From a virus (lineage: Duplodnaviria > Caudoviricetes), in the IMG/VR virus record IMGVR_UViG_2595698649_000001, positions 64,001 through 128,000 of that record: a DNA stretch of 64,000 nucleotides; one strand, written 5' to 3'. The position numbers and the translations under genes are program-made. Shown here piece after piece: positions 18,843 through 27,773 of this stretch. Each line of letters begins with the position of its first letter. Within the stretch, counting starts at the first letter, position 1. The notes under the pieces were generated by a model. It was not told where the DNA came from. It ran no database searches and saw only the letters and a program-made list of their open reading frames with translations.

Positions 18843-20551
18843 TAGTATTTGAAAAGATTAAATGGAAGAACTTTCTTTCAACAGGACAACAAGGCATAGA
18901 AATAGATTTAAACAAAGACGCAACAACACTTATCATAGGTCACAATGGTGCAGGTAAGTCAACGATACTTGACGCATTGTGTTTTGCCTTGTTTAATAAA
19001 CCCTTTAGAGATATAAAGAAAGAACAATTAATTAACAGTATCAACTTAGGTGGTACTGAGATAGAAGTAAACTTTACCATTGCACAAAACAAGTATAGAG
19101 TAGTACGAGGTATTAAACCTAATATATTCCAGATATACTTAAATGGTGAAATGATAAACCAAGAAGCAACTATAGCTGACCAACAAAAACATTTAGAGAA
19201 CAATATACTTAAATTTAACTATAGAAGTTTTACTCAGGTAGTAATCTTAGGTAGTAGTACATTTGTTCCTTTTATGGAATTGAAGTCACCACATAGACGA
19301 GAGGTAGTAGAAGACATTTTAGATATTAAGATATTTTCAGTAATGAATATGTTAGTTAAAATGCAAATCAAAGAAGTTACTGAACAGATAAGAGATATTG
19401 ATAGAGATATACAAATAACAAAGAGTAAAGTAGAAACTCAACAACAATATTTACAAGATACAGGTAAACAGAATACAAAAGTTATAGATGATTATAATTC
19501 TAAGATAGAAGATAATAAACTGGCAATAGACAAGTATTCAACACATGTTGAGGGTATCAATAAACAGATAACAAATATTAAAACAACAATATTAGATGAA
19601 GAAAAGGTAAGACAACAAGTTAAGAAACTGAATAGTTTTGAAACACAGTTTGAAAGTAAAGTAAATCAATGTACAAAACATAAGAAGTTTTATGAACTCA
19701 ATGATAACTGTCCTACTTGTCAACAAAGTATTGACCCACAATTTAAATCAGAAAAGATTGCTGATGAAAACAAATCACTTATTAAATTTAATCAGGCATT
19801 AGCAGATGTTGCTAAAGAGATTACAACTAAACAAAATAGATTACAAGCAATTGCTAGTGTACACGAAGAAATAAAAGTATTAGAGATTGATAGTGTTAAG
19901 TATGAACAATCAAAAAATGAGTTAAACAATATTAACACAAAATTGGCACATAACATTGAACAGTTATCACAACAAAGTGAAGACACAGGTAAAGCAAAAG
20001 GTAAGTTAGAAGAATTAGAAAATCAATTACAAGAATATGAAAAGGCAATAAGAACTAAAAAAGAAGAAACTGATTACCTACAAGCTGCAAGAGTAATGTT
20101 AGCAGATACAGGTATTAAAACAAAAGTTATCAAACAATACTTACCTATTATGAACCAGTTAATTAACAAGTATCTGGCAAGTATGGATTTCTTTGTTAAC
20201 TTTAAATTAGATGATGAGTTTAAAGAAATAATAAGAAGTAGATTTAGAGACGATTTTAGTTATACAAGTTTTAGTGAAGGTGAGAAGATGAGAATAAATC
20301 TTGCATTGTTATTTACATGGCGTGCTATTGCTAAAATGAAAAACAGTATATCAACAAATCTATTATTACTAGATGAAATATTTGATAGTAGTTTAGACGG
20401 ACAAGGTACAGATGATTTCTTAAAGATACTAAACACACTAGAGGGCGAGAATGTGTTTATTATATCTCACAAGACAGATATTATGGCAGACAAATTTAAA
20501 CAACAAATAAGGTTTGAGAAAGATAAGAACTTTACAAGGATAGTAGAATGA
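18839..20551 (+). CDS. gp46: Recombination ATPase subunit (Rad50/SbcC-like)
   Basis: GHNGAGKST, CPTC zinc hook, FSEGEKMR signature, LLDE. Confidence 0.96.
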   Translation: MIVFEKIKWKNFLSTGQQGIEIDLNKDATTLIIGHNGAGKSTILDALCFALFNKPFRDIKKEQLINSINLGGTEIEVNFTIAQNKYRVVRGIKPNIFQIYLNGEMINQEATIADQQKHLENNILKFNYRSFTQVVILGSSTFVPFMELKSPHRREVVEDILDIKIFSVMNMLVKMQIKEVTEQIRDIDRDIQITKSKVETQQQYLQDTGKQNTKVIDDYNSKIEDNKLAIDKYSTHVEGINKQITNIKTTILDEEKVRQQVKKLNSFETQFESKVNQCTKHKKFYELNDNCPTCQQSIDPQFKSEKIADENKSLIKFNQALADVAKEITTKQNRLQAIASVHEEIKVLEIDSVKYEQSKNELNNINTKLAHNIEQLSQQSEDTGKAKGKLEELENQLQEYEKAIRTKKEETDYLQAARVMLADTGIKTKVIKQYLPIMNQLINKYLASMDFFVNFKLDDEFKEIIRSRFRDDFSYTSFSEGEKMRINLALLFTWRAIAKMKNSISTNLLLLDEIFDSSLDGQGTDDFLKILNTLEGENVFIISHKTDIMADKFKQQIRFEKDKNFTRIVE

Positions 20552-21555
20552 AAATAACAATAGCTAGATTAAGAAGTGGAACAAATTATAAAGAACCATT
20601 ATTAGATATTATGGATTCTTTTTATGAGTTATATAAAAAATATCAAATACAAAGACCACAACACTCATATGGATATTACAACTTTGGTTTTGGTTTTGCA
20701 AACAGACAAAAGATGGATGATATTAAAGATAGTGATGTTATTATAATACCAAGTGAGAATGAGTTTACATTTCATATCAAAAACTTTCAGGACAATAGAC
20801 AAGTATTTCGTAGTAACGAAAAGGTACGAGAGATAGGTGCCATGTTGGCAGACAAACATATTATTATAATGAGAAGTGATAGAGCAGATAATGAAGAACT
20901 ATACAGAAACAAAACATTTAAAGGATTTGATATAGGTAAGGTAAGTATATTAGATGAAATAGATATTGAAGGTGGCATACATGCTATGAAGTATCATTTT
21001 ATTACAGACGCAATACCACCTAAATTAGAAGAAGGTACGAGAGCATATGATTTTGTATATTGGGGTACAGACAAAAGAAAGACAGCAGACAATGTTGAAA
21101 GTGGAGATATAAGACATACTTTCTTTAAACAAATATACAAAGAGAAAAAAATTAGTGCATACTGGATTGGTAAGTTTTCAGGTGTACAAAGAGATAAGAA
21201 AATAGATAAGATGAGAAATCTATTACCACATTTAACAAATGGTAAAACAACAATGTGTTTTAACTGGATGAGCAACACAGCAACAACAAGTAGATACCAC
21301 GAGGCATTAGCATGTGGCATAATACCATTTGTACATGAAAACTATGATGTAAACAATACAATAGTTGGAAACGAATGGCAAAGAGTGGTAGATGTAGAAC
21401 ATTTATATTCTAAGATTGACGAATTAAGAACAAACAATAGCTGGCAAGAAAAGTATAATGAGATACTAGATGACTATAAACGGAGAACATTAAAGTCAAA
21501 AGAGTGGTATTACAACGCTTTTCAATCAAGGCTTGACAATTTGATTAATTTATGA
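20548..21555 (+). CDS. T4 beta-glucosyltransferase-like (GT-B) DNA glycosyltransferase
   Basis: Colinear with T4 BGT as recalled: MKITI/MKIAI; YDFVYWG/LDVIYGG; TSRYHEALACGIIPFVHENYD/TLRVWETMASDAVMLIDEEFD; YSKIDELR/IDRVNELK; similar length. Confidence 0.72.
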   Translation: MKITIARLRSGTNYKEPLLDIMDSFYELYKKYQIQRPQHSYGYYNFGFGFANRQKMDDIKDSDVIIIPSENEFTFHIKNFQDNRQVFRSNEKVREIGAMLADKHIIIMRSDRADNEELYRNKTFKGFDIGKVSILDEIDIEGGIHAMKYHFITDAIPPKLEEGTRAYDFVYWGTDKRKTADNVESGDIRHTFFKQIYKEKKISAYWIGKFSGVQRDKKIDKMRNLLPHLTNGKTTMCFNWMSNTATTSRYHEALACGIIPFVHENYDVNNTIVGNEWQRVVDVEHLYSKIDELRTNNSWQEKYNEILDDYKRRTLKSKEWYYNAFQSRLDNLINL

Positions 21556-21561
21556 TAAGCT
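21533..21561 (+). promoter_or_regulatory. Sigma70-type promoter before the JmjC/DUF4338 genes
   Basis: TTGACA-N17-TAAGCT with TG extension. Confidence 0.6.
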
Positions 21562-21574
21562 TAGTAAATATAAT

Positions 21575-22119
21575 ATGGAAAAACTAATAACTAAAATTGA
21601 AGACATAAAAGTTAATTTATGTGAAGATGATATTTTAAATTTTTTACAAATACAGAAACGCTGGCCAATACAGTATTCTACTTCACAACCTACAGTACAA
21701 ATCATAAATGAACTAGGTAATTTCTACAACGATTTTTTTGAAAATACTGTAGATGGAATATTCTTAAATTATGATAAGTGGTTATCTTTATACAACTTAG
21801 GATTTACTTCTATTATATCAAATGTTTTAGATTTATCAAAAGAACTAAGAACATTAGAGAAATTAATAATAGAAGAAATAGGTGTAAAAGTTTGTGGTAA
21901 TTTTTACTTTAGTAAACCTGGAAGAAAAGAAAGTTTTGATAAACATACCCATAGTTATGATGTTATAGTAAAACAAATATATGGCAAGTCAAAATGGATT
22001 TTAAACAACCAAGAAATAGACCTATGTCCTAATCAAGTATTATATGTACCTAAAAATACTGAACACGCTGTTATTGAAAAAACAGAAAAAAATTATCATT
22101 AACCTTAAATTTAGCATGA
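21575..22119 (+). CDS. JmjC/cupin-4 type oxygenase (C-terminus frameshifted at A-run 22086-22092)
   Basis: FDKHTHSYDVIVKQIYGKSKW and LYVPKNTEHAV motifs. One extra A gives ..KKLSLTLNLA* with an ATGA overlap into the next gene. Confidence 0.75.
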
Positions 22120-23258
22120 AGAATAAACCTATAGACCCTTTATTAGAAAAACAATGGGAGACCTTTCAACAAGAAAATCCTACACCTTACGAACATATAG
22201 ATACAAACGAACTTAAAGAGCGTTTAATTACTGAACTAGGTTATGTATCTGGTATGACAGTAGAAGAATATACATTATATCAAAAATGGTGTGAAGTTAA
22301 AAACAAGTATCCTGCTCAGACAGTAAACACTTTATTTGGCGAAGAAAGTCAATTAGTAGATTTATCAAAAGATAAACTATTATCTCATGTAAAGAACAAT
22401 ATATGGTCACCTCAGGATCCTATGGATTTTGAGAAGTTACAACCAGAACTAATCTATACAAAAGATAGTCCAGAATTACCACAATTGTGGAACGCAATAA
22501 GAACATTTGCCTCTACAATGAAAAACAATAACAATATAGGTCGTAATCTAAACTTTATAGTAAGAGATAAACCAACAAAGAAATATCTAGGTGTCATTTG
22601 TATATCAAGTGACTTTTTAGATTTAACACCTAGAGATAATTACATAGGTTGGGATAGAGTTAGAAAAACACAAAAGATGATTAATCATACGGCGATAGGT
22701 AGTACGATTGTGCCACTACAACCACTAGGTTATAATTACACAGGTGGTAAGTTACTTGCGTTGATGTGTTTATCAGATAAAGTACAAGAGACATGGAAAA
22801 AAGAATATGGCGATACAATGGTTGGTGTTACAACTACAAGTTTATATGGTAGTTTTAGTCAATATCAGAATTTGAAACACTGGAAGAAAAGAGGTCATAG
22901 TGCAGGTAGTGTATCATACGAAGCAACGAAACCTACTATTCAGATGTTAAGAAAGTGGATTATGGAAAATCACACTAGAAAATACTTTGAATGGTATAGT
23001 GCTACAAAACCTACAGGTCAACCATATAAGAGAGACCACAGAAATAGAAGTCATACATTTGCATATAGTAAACTAGGTATACCAAAAGAGTTAACAAAGT
23101 CAGACCACAGTAGAGGTATCTATTTTTCCGCTAGAAAGCGTATTAAATCATTGATTGACCAAACAAGGACAAACATGGAGACGCTTTACTATGATGACTT
23201 GATACATTTAACATGGGAAGAAACCAAAGAAAAGTATCTAAAACAGGTAGGAAGATAA
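22116..23258 (+). CDS. DUF4338/DruA-like protein, copy 1
   Basis: GRNLNFIV..YLGVI, VPLQPLGYNYTGGKLLA and TTTSLYG..SQY motifs; likely start ATG 22116. Confidence 0.7.
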   Translation: MKNKPIDPLLEKQWETFQQENPTPYEHIDTNELKERLITELGYVSGMTVEEYTLYQKWCEVKNKYPAQTVNTLFGEESQLVDLSKDKLLSHVKNNIWSPQDPMDFEKLQPELIYTKDSPELPQLWNAIRTFASTMKNNNNIGRNLNFIVRDKPTKKYLGVICISSDFLDLTPRDNYIGWDRVRKTQKMINHTAIGSTIVPLQPLGYNYTGGKLLALMCLSDKVQETWKKEYGDTMVGVTTTSLYGSFSQYQNLKHWKKRGHSAGSVSYEATKPTIQMLRKWIMENHTRKYFEWYSATKPTGQPYKRDHRNRSHTFAYSKLGIPKELTKSDHSRGIYFSARKRIKSLIDQTRTNMETLYYDDLIHLTWEETKEKYLKQVGR

Positions 23259-23280
23259 GAACAAAAGTAGAACATAGGCT

Positions 23281-23400
23281 GTGCGATATGACGCACCAGC
23301 AATAAATCGTTGATTTATAAAGGTTCTTTTTTTGTATTTTATGCCAATAATTGTTGACTTTTGGTTAAAATTGGTATAGGATATACAGTATATTATGAAA
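23281..23400 (+). promoter_or_regulatory. Early promoter module copy 1 (dyad + conserved box + TTGACT-N17-TAGGAT)
   Basis: GTGCG-N6-CGCAC dyad, CGTTGAnnTATAAAGGTT box, -35 at 23354, -10 at 23377. Confidence 0.7.
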
Positions 23401-23412
23401 ACGAGGTCAAAT

Positions 23413-25749
23413 ATGAATACTATTTCAAAAGAGCAAAAATCAAATCTTGCTAAATTACTTGCAACAGAAAATCTAAACGTAGAACATAGAAAAGTTAAAA
23501 CAGCACACTTTGTTCCAAAGACTAGAACTTTATGTCTTCCAATATGGGACAATATGTCTAATGACCTTTATGACTTATTATGTGGACACGAAGTTGGTCA
23601 CGCATTATGGACTCCTGCTGATGAGACAAAATTAAACGAAGCAAAAAAGAAACACAATATTCCTCACTCTTACATGAATGTTATTGAAGATATCAGAATT
23701 GATAAGAAGATGAAATTAAAATACCCTGGTCTTAGAAAATCATACTTTAACGGTTACAAAGAATTAGTTGCTAGAGACTTTTTTGGTAAGATTGGTGACG
23801 AAGCAAACAATATGAGATTTATTGATAGACTTAATGTGTTTACAAAATCTGGTCACTTAGAAAATACTATTGAGTTTAATGACCAAGAAAAATCATTTAT
23901 TGAAAAATCAAATCACTTAGAAACTTTTGATGATGTAATTGACCTTGCTAAACAAATCTTTGCTTATAGTAAAGAAGAAAATTACGATAAAGAAAAAGAC
24001 CCTTTATTTCAACAGTTAAAAGAAATAGAACAAGATAAACTTGACCAAGATGAACAAGATAATCAATCAGAGCAATCTGAAAGTGAAGATAGTCAGGATC
24101 CTTCAGATGAAAAGCAATCACAATCTGGTGGTGATGAAGATACAGAAAAAGAAGAAGAAAAAGATAATACAACTTCAGGTGATGACGGTAACAAAACTGA
24201 TGAACCTGAAAACGAGAATAAACAAAAAGTAGATGGTAACAAAGGTCACATGGGTAGTCATAATCCAGAGTATCAACCTGAAAAAATTACTCCTTCAAAT
24301 AGTGACGGTTCATTATCAGATGAAATGTTTAAAGAAGCAATGAAGTCTTTATCAAATATGTCTGAGAATATTAGAGACCGTAGGTATGTTACATTACCAA
24401 GTCTTAGTGAGGAAGATGTTATTATATCTTCAAAACATGTTGCTAAGTTATACAAAGATTATTATACAAAAAAATATTCATCAACTCCTACAATGATGGC
24501 AAATAGTCTTAATAGATTTAAAGAGTGGAAGAAATCACAATCTGGTACAATCTCTTATATGGCAAAAGAGTTTGAAATGAAAAAAGCGGCAGATACTTAC
24601 AAAAAGTCTTTAACAAGTAAAACTGGTATTATCAATATGAATAAAATTCACTCATATAAATTCAATGATGATATATTCAAAAAAATTCAAATAGAACCAG
24701 GTGCCAAAAATCATGGTATGATTATGTTTATAGATTGGTCTGGATCCATGTCTCAAAATATTGATGACACAATCAAGCAAACTTTAAACTTAGTAATGTT
24801 TTGTAAAGCAGTTCAAATACCTTTTAGAGTATTTGCTTTTTCAGATATTACTAGAGCTGCGTTCTATAAAGAAGACCATGATGATTATGGTTATTCAAGT
24901 AGAGCAGCAAGAGATTTAAAAAACAATCCTTTTAAACATAAACACGGTGACTTGTTTATTGAAAATGTAAACTTAATTGAGTGGTTATCAAGTGACCAAA
25001 AAACTCCTGAGTATAATGAGAATATGTTAAACTTATATAGATTTGGTGAGTATCATACTCAATATTATAATCATAGAAGACATTATGACAGTTATGAAGA
25101 ACCAATTGATATGCCTAGTTGTATGAGACTTGGCGGTACTCCTCTGGATCCTGCTATCGTTGCTTCTTTAACTATTGTTAAAAACTTTATTCTTAAACAT
25201 AAGATACAAAAAATGAATACAATCTTTTTAACTGATGGTTGTGGTCATTCAATGTATAATACTGTTACTACTACTGACAAAGGTAATTTAGAATTAGATT
25301 ATGGTAGTGAAAATGCAGATTTAGTTATCAAAAATCCAGTTACTAAAAAAAACTATCCTTATGAAAGTCATAGATTTACAAAATCAACTGCCGTTATGTT
25401 TGATATGTTAAGACAATCTACTGGTACTAATATTGTAGGTTTCTATGTTACAAGTAGAAATAATGCTAGTTACTATGATATATCAAATTTCTTACCAGAA
25501 GGTGCCGGTTATGACGGTGTTGACGCTGTAAGAAAACAAATGCGTAAAGATAAAGTTGGTACTATTGTTGGTACTGGTTATGATGAATTGTTTATCATTC
25601 CAAAAAAGAATTTAAAGATAGTTGACGAAGAAGCGAAGATTAATCCAGATATGTCAATTGCTAAAATGAAAGCAGAATTTGGTAAGACTTTAAAAACTAA
25701 AAAGATATCCAGAGTTTTACTGAATAAATTTGTGGAAAGAGTTGCCTAA
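23413..25749 (+). CDS. Metallopeptidase-like/VWA (CobT-like) protein
   Basis: HEVGH zincin motif, acidic linker, MIDAS DWSGS, GGTPL and FLTDG; GAGG SD before ATG 23413. Confidence 0.8.
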   Translation: MNTISKEQKSNLAKLLATENLNVEHRKVKTAHFVPKTRTLCLPIWDNMSNDLYDLLCGHEVGHALWTPADETKLNEAKKKHNIPHSYMNVIEDIRIDKKMKLKYPGLRKSYFNGYKELVARDFFGKIGDEANNMRFIDRLNVFTKSGHLENTIEFNDQEKSFIEKSNHLETFDDVIDLAKQIFAYSKEENYDKEKDPLFQQLKEIEQDKLDQDEQDNQSEQSESEDSQDPSDEKQSQSGGDEDTEKEEEKDNTTSGDDGNKTDEPENENKQKVDGNKGHMGSHNPEYQPEKITPSNSDGSLSDEMFKEAMKSLSNMSENIRDRRYVTLPSLSEEDVIISSKHVAKLYKDYYTKKYSSTPTMMANSLNRFKEWKKSQSGTISYMAKEFEMKKAADTYKKSLTSKTGIINMNKIHSYKFNDDIFKKIQIEPGAKNHGMIMFIDWSGSMSQNIDDTIKQTLNLVMFCKAVQIPFRVFAFSDITRAAFYKEDHDDYGYSSRAARDLKNNPFKHKHGDLFIENVNLIEWLSSDQKTPEYNENMLNLYRFGEYHTQYYNHRRHYDSYEEPIDMPSCMRLGGTPLDPAIVASLTIVKNFILKHKIQKMNTIFLTDGCGHSMYNTVTTTDKGNLELDYGSENADLVIKNPVTKKNYPYESHRFTKSTAVMFDMLRQSTGTNIVGFYVTSRNNASYYDISNFLPEGAGYDGVDAVRKQMRKDKVGTIVGTGYDELFIIPKKNLKIVDEEAKINPDMSIAKMKAEFGKTLKTKKISRVLLNKFVERVA

Positions 25750-25766
25750 ATGAAAAAAATGACTAA

Positions 25767-25885
25767 GTGCGACATGTTGACACAGCAATTAATTTGGAAA
25801 GCGTTGAAATATAAAGGTTTTTTATTTGAAATAACGCTTGACTTTAACAATAAAGTGTGATAGGATATAGTTATATTATGAAAAA
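25767..25885 (+). promoter_or_regulatory. Early promoter module copy 2
   Basis: GTGCGAcATG..CAGCAAT, CGTTGAaaTATAAAGGTT, TTGACT(25838)-N17-TAGGAT(25861), then TATATTATGAAAA. Confidence 0.7.
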
Positions 25886-25904
25886 AAGTGAAAGGACTAC
25901 AATT

Positions 25905-27077
25905 ATGTTAAACGAGAAACAAAAAAAGTTTGTTGACCTTGCTGTAAAAGAACTTGGTACTGATACAGTAACAAGAAAGCAAGTACAAGAACTTGAAACA
26001 AAATTTAACCTTACTGGTAACAGTTGGTTAGTAAATTCAGGAGATTACAAAGTGGGCAGAGGCGTATATAAATTACCTACTGACGGTGTTGTAAACCCTA
26101 GTAAGAATATCAAACAGAAATTGCCTAAGACTAAAGCAGTTGCTGAGACAGTTACTTTAAAAGAGACTGCTCAAAATACTGAGAGTTTAGTTCCTAATAA
26201 AGAGGCAACTTTCGTATCATTTGGTAATTACAAAGATATTAAGAATATTGTAAAATCTAAAATATTCTATCCTACATTTATTACAGGTCTTTCTGGTAAC
26301 GGTAAGACTTTAGGTGTTACTCAAGCGTGTGCTGAGTTAAAAAGAGAATTAATTAGAGTTAACATAACAGTTGAAACGGACGAAGATGATTTACTTGGTG
26401 GTTTCAGACTAGTTGACGGTGCTACAGTATGGCATGACGGTCCTGTTGTTGACGCTATGAAGCGTGGTGCTCTTCTATTGTTAGATGAGATTGACCTTGC
26501 TTCAAACAAAATTATGTGTTTGCAACCTATCTTAGAAGGTAACGGAGTGTTCCTTAAAAAGATTGGTAAATTTGTTGAACCTGCTGAAGGTTTCAACATT
26601 GTTGCTACTGCCAATACTAAAGGTAAAGGTAGTGAAGACGGAAGATTTATTGGTACTAACATACTCAATGAAGCTTTCTTAGAAAGATTTCCTGTTACTT
26701 TTGAACAAGAGTATCCTCCTGTAAAAGTAGAACAGAAAATTTTAGATAATGTTATGTCCGCTTATGCTTTAAAGGATCCTAAGTTTACTGAGAACCTTGT
26801 TAAATGGGCAGATGTTATTAGAAAAACTTTTTATGATGGCGGTGTTGATGAGATTATTGCTACTAGAAGACTAGTGCATATCATTAATGCTTTTGCTATC
26901 TTTAAGAATAAACTTAAAGCTGTTCAAGTTTGTGTAAACAGATTTGATGACGATACTAAAAACAGTTTCTTAGATTTATATTCTAAAGTTGACGCTGGTG
27001 TTAACATGGAAGATATATCTGGAAATGGGAATGATGTTGACCCAATAAACATGGAAGAGGAAACTCCAAGTGTTTAA
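25905..27077 (+). CDS. cobS: CobS/MoxR-like AAA+ ATPase
   Basis: GLSGNGKT, LLLDEID, ATANTKG and NEAFLERF motifs; AAGGA SD before ATG 25905. Confidence 0.88.
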   Translation: MLNEKQKKFVDLAVKELGTDTVTRKQVQELETKFNLTGNSWLVNSGDYKVGRGVYKLPTDGVVNPSKNIKQKLPKTKAVAETVTLKETAQNTESLVPNKEATFVSFGNYKDIKNIVKSKIFYPTFITGLSGNGKTLGVTQACAELKRELIRVNITVETDEDDLLGGFRLVDGATVWHDGPVVDAMKRGALLLLDEIDLASNKIMCLQPILEGNGVFLKKIGKFVEPAEGFNIVATANTKGKGSEDGRFIGTNILNEAFLERFPVTFEQEYPPVKVEQKILDNVMSAYALKDPKFTENLVKWADVIRKTFYDGGVDEIIATRRLVHIINAFAIFKNKLKAVQVCVNRFDDDTKNSFLDLYSKVDAGVNMEDISGNGNDVDPINMEEETPSV

Positions 27078-27104
27078 TAAAAACATTCATAATGTAGACC
27101 TCGT

Positions 27105-27133
27105 ATCCGTGGGCAGCAATGTCCACGGATTTA
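27105..27133 (+). terminator. GNRA-capped hairpin before the tRNA (terminator or processing signal)
   Basis: ATCCGTGGGCA-GCAA-TGTCCACGGAT followed by TT. Confidence 0.6.
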
Positions 27134-27139
27134 AAACAA

Positions 27140-27213
27140 GCGGGTGTGGTATAGAAGTATTACGCCAGTTTACCAAACTGGAAATGCAGGAGCGTTACCT
27201 GCCATCCGCTCCA
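27140..27213 (+). tRNA. tRNA-Gly with anticodon ACC and non-canonical D/T loops
   Basis: Acceptor GCGGGTG/CATCCGC, U73, encoded CCA; anticodon stem CCAGT/ACTGG with loop TTACCAA; T-stem GCAGG/CCTGC with loop AGCGTTA. Confidence 0.88.
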
Positions 27214-27227
27214 ATAAAGGGTACATT

Positions 27228-27431
27228 ATGTCAATAACTGTTGTAGTAAAAAACAATAATGTTGAAAAAGCAATCAGACAGCTTAAGAAAAAACTTATGA
27301 GAGAAGGTGTAGTGAAAGAGTTGAAGACAAGACAATACTATGAAAAACCATCAGAAAAAAAACTCAGATTAAAAAAGGAAAACATTAAGCGTGTCCTGAA
27401 AAACAAAAAACTAAGGGAAAGGGAACAATAA
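27228..27431 (+). CDS. rpsU: Ribosomal protein bS21
   Basis: ITVVVKNNNVEKAIRQLKKK..EGVVKELKTRQYYEKPSEKK; true start ATG 27228. Confidence 0.92.
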   Translation: MSITVVVKNNNVEKAIRQLKKKLMREGVVKELKTRQYYEKPSEKKLRLKKENIKRVLKNKKLREREQ

Positions 27432-27432
27432 G

Positions 27433-27768
27433 ATGTTAAACTTTATAAAAGATTTCATTAGCGATAGTGAAAAGACGACCAAGACAAACAAGAAAACGAA
27501 AGGAAAAGTTGTTATGGGAAGAGCTAAAATAGCGAATAGCACTAAATTTCTTAACGCCATGTTAAGAGGTGCAAGTGTGTCATGGACTGACGCACAAGAA
27601 AAATTTAACTTAAAGAGACCAAGAGCGGTTGTAGATAAGTTAAGAGAAGAAGGATATTGCGTTTATGCCAATAAATCTTCAAAAGGTACTAGTTACAGAA
27701 TTGGTACACCTTCAAAAGCGATTGTAGCCGCTGGCTTAATGGCGCTTGAGGGACAAGCATACGCATAA
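27433..27768 (+). CDS. Hypothetical basic protein, possible winged-helix DNA binder
   Basis: PRAVVDKLREEGYCVYAN...YRIG pattern; may start at 27514. Confidence 0.5.
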   Translation: MLNFIKDFISDSEKTTKTNKKTKGKVVMGRAKIANSTKFLNAMLRGASVSWTDAQEKFNLKRPRAVVDKLREEGYCVYANKSSKGTSYRIGTPSKAIVAAGLMALEGQAYA

Positions 27769-27773
27769 ATAGT

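Noticed and set aside
25905-27077. Cobalamin biosynthesis auxiliary gene
   Set aside because: The CobS-like label reflects the AAA family only; no cobN or pathway genes are present.
27144-27227. N-terminal extension of bS21 in the ORF track
   Set aside because: It overlaps the tRNA gene; bS21 homology starts at ATG 27228.
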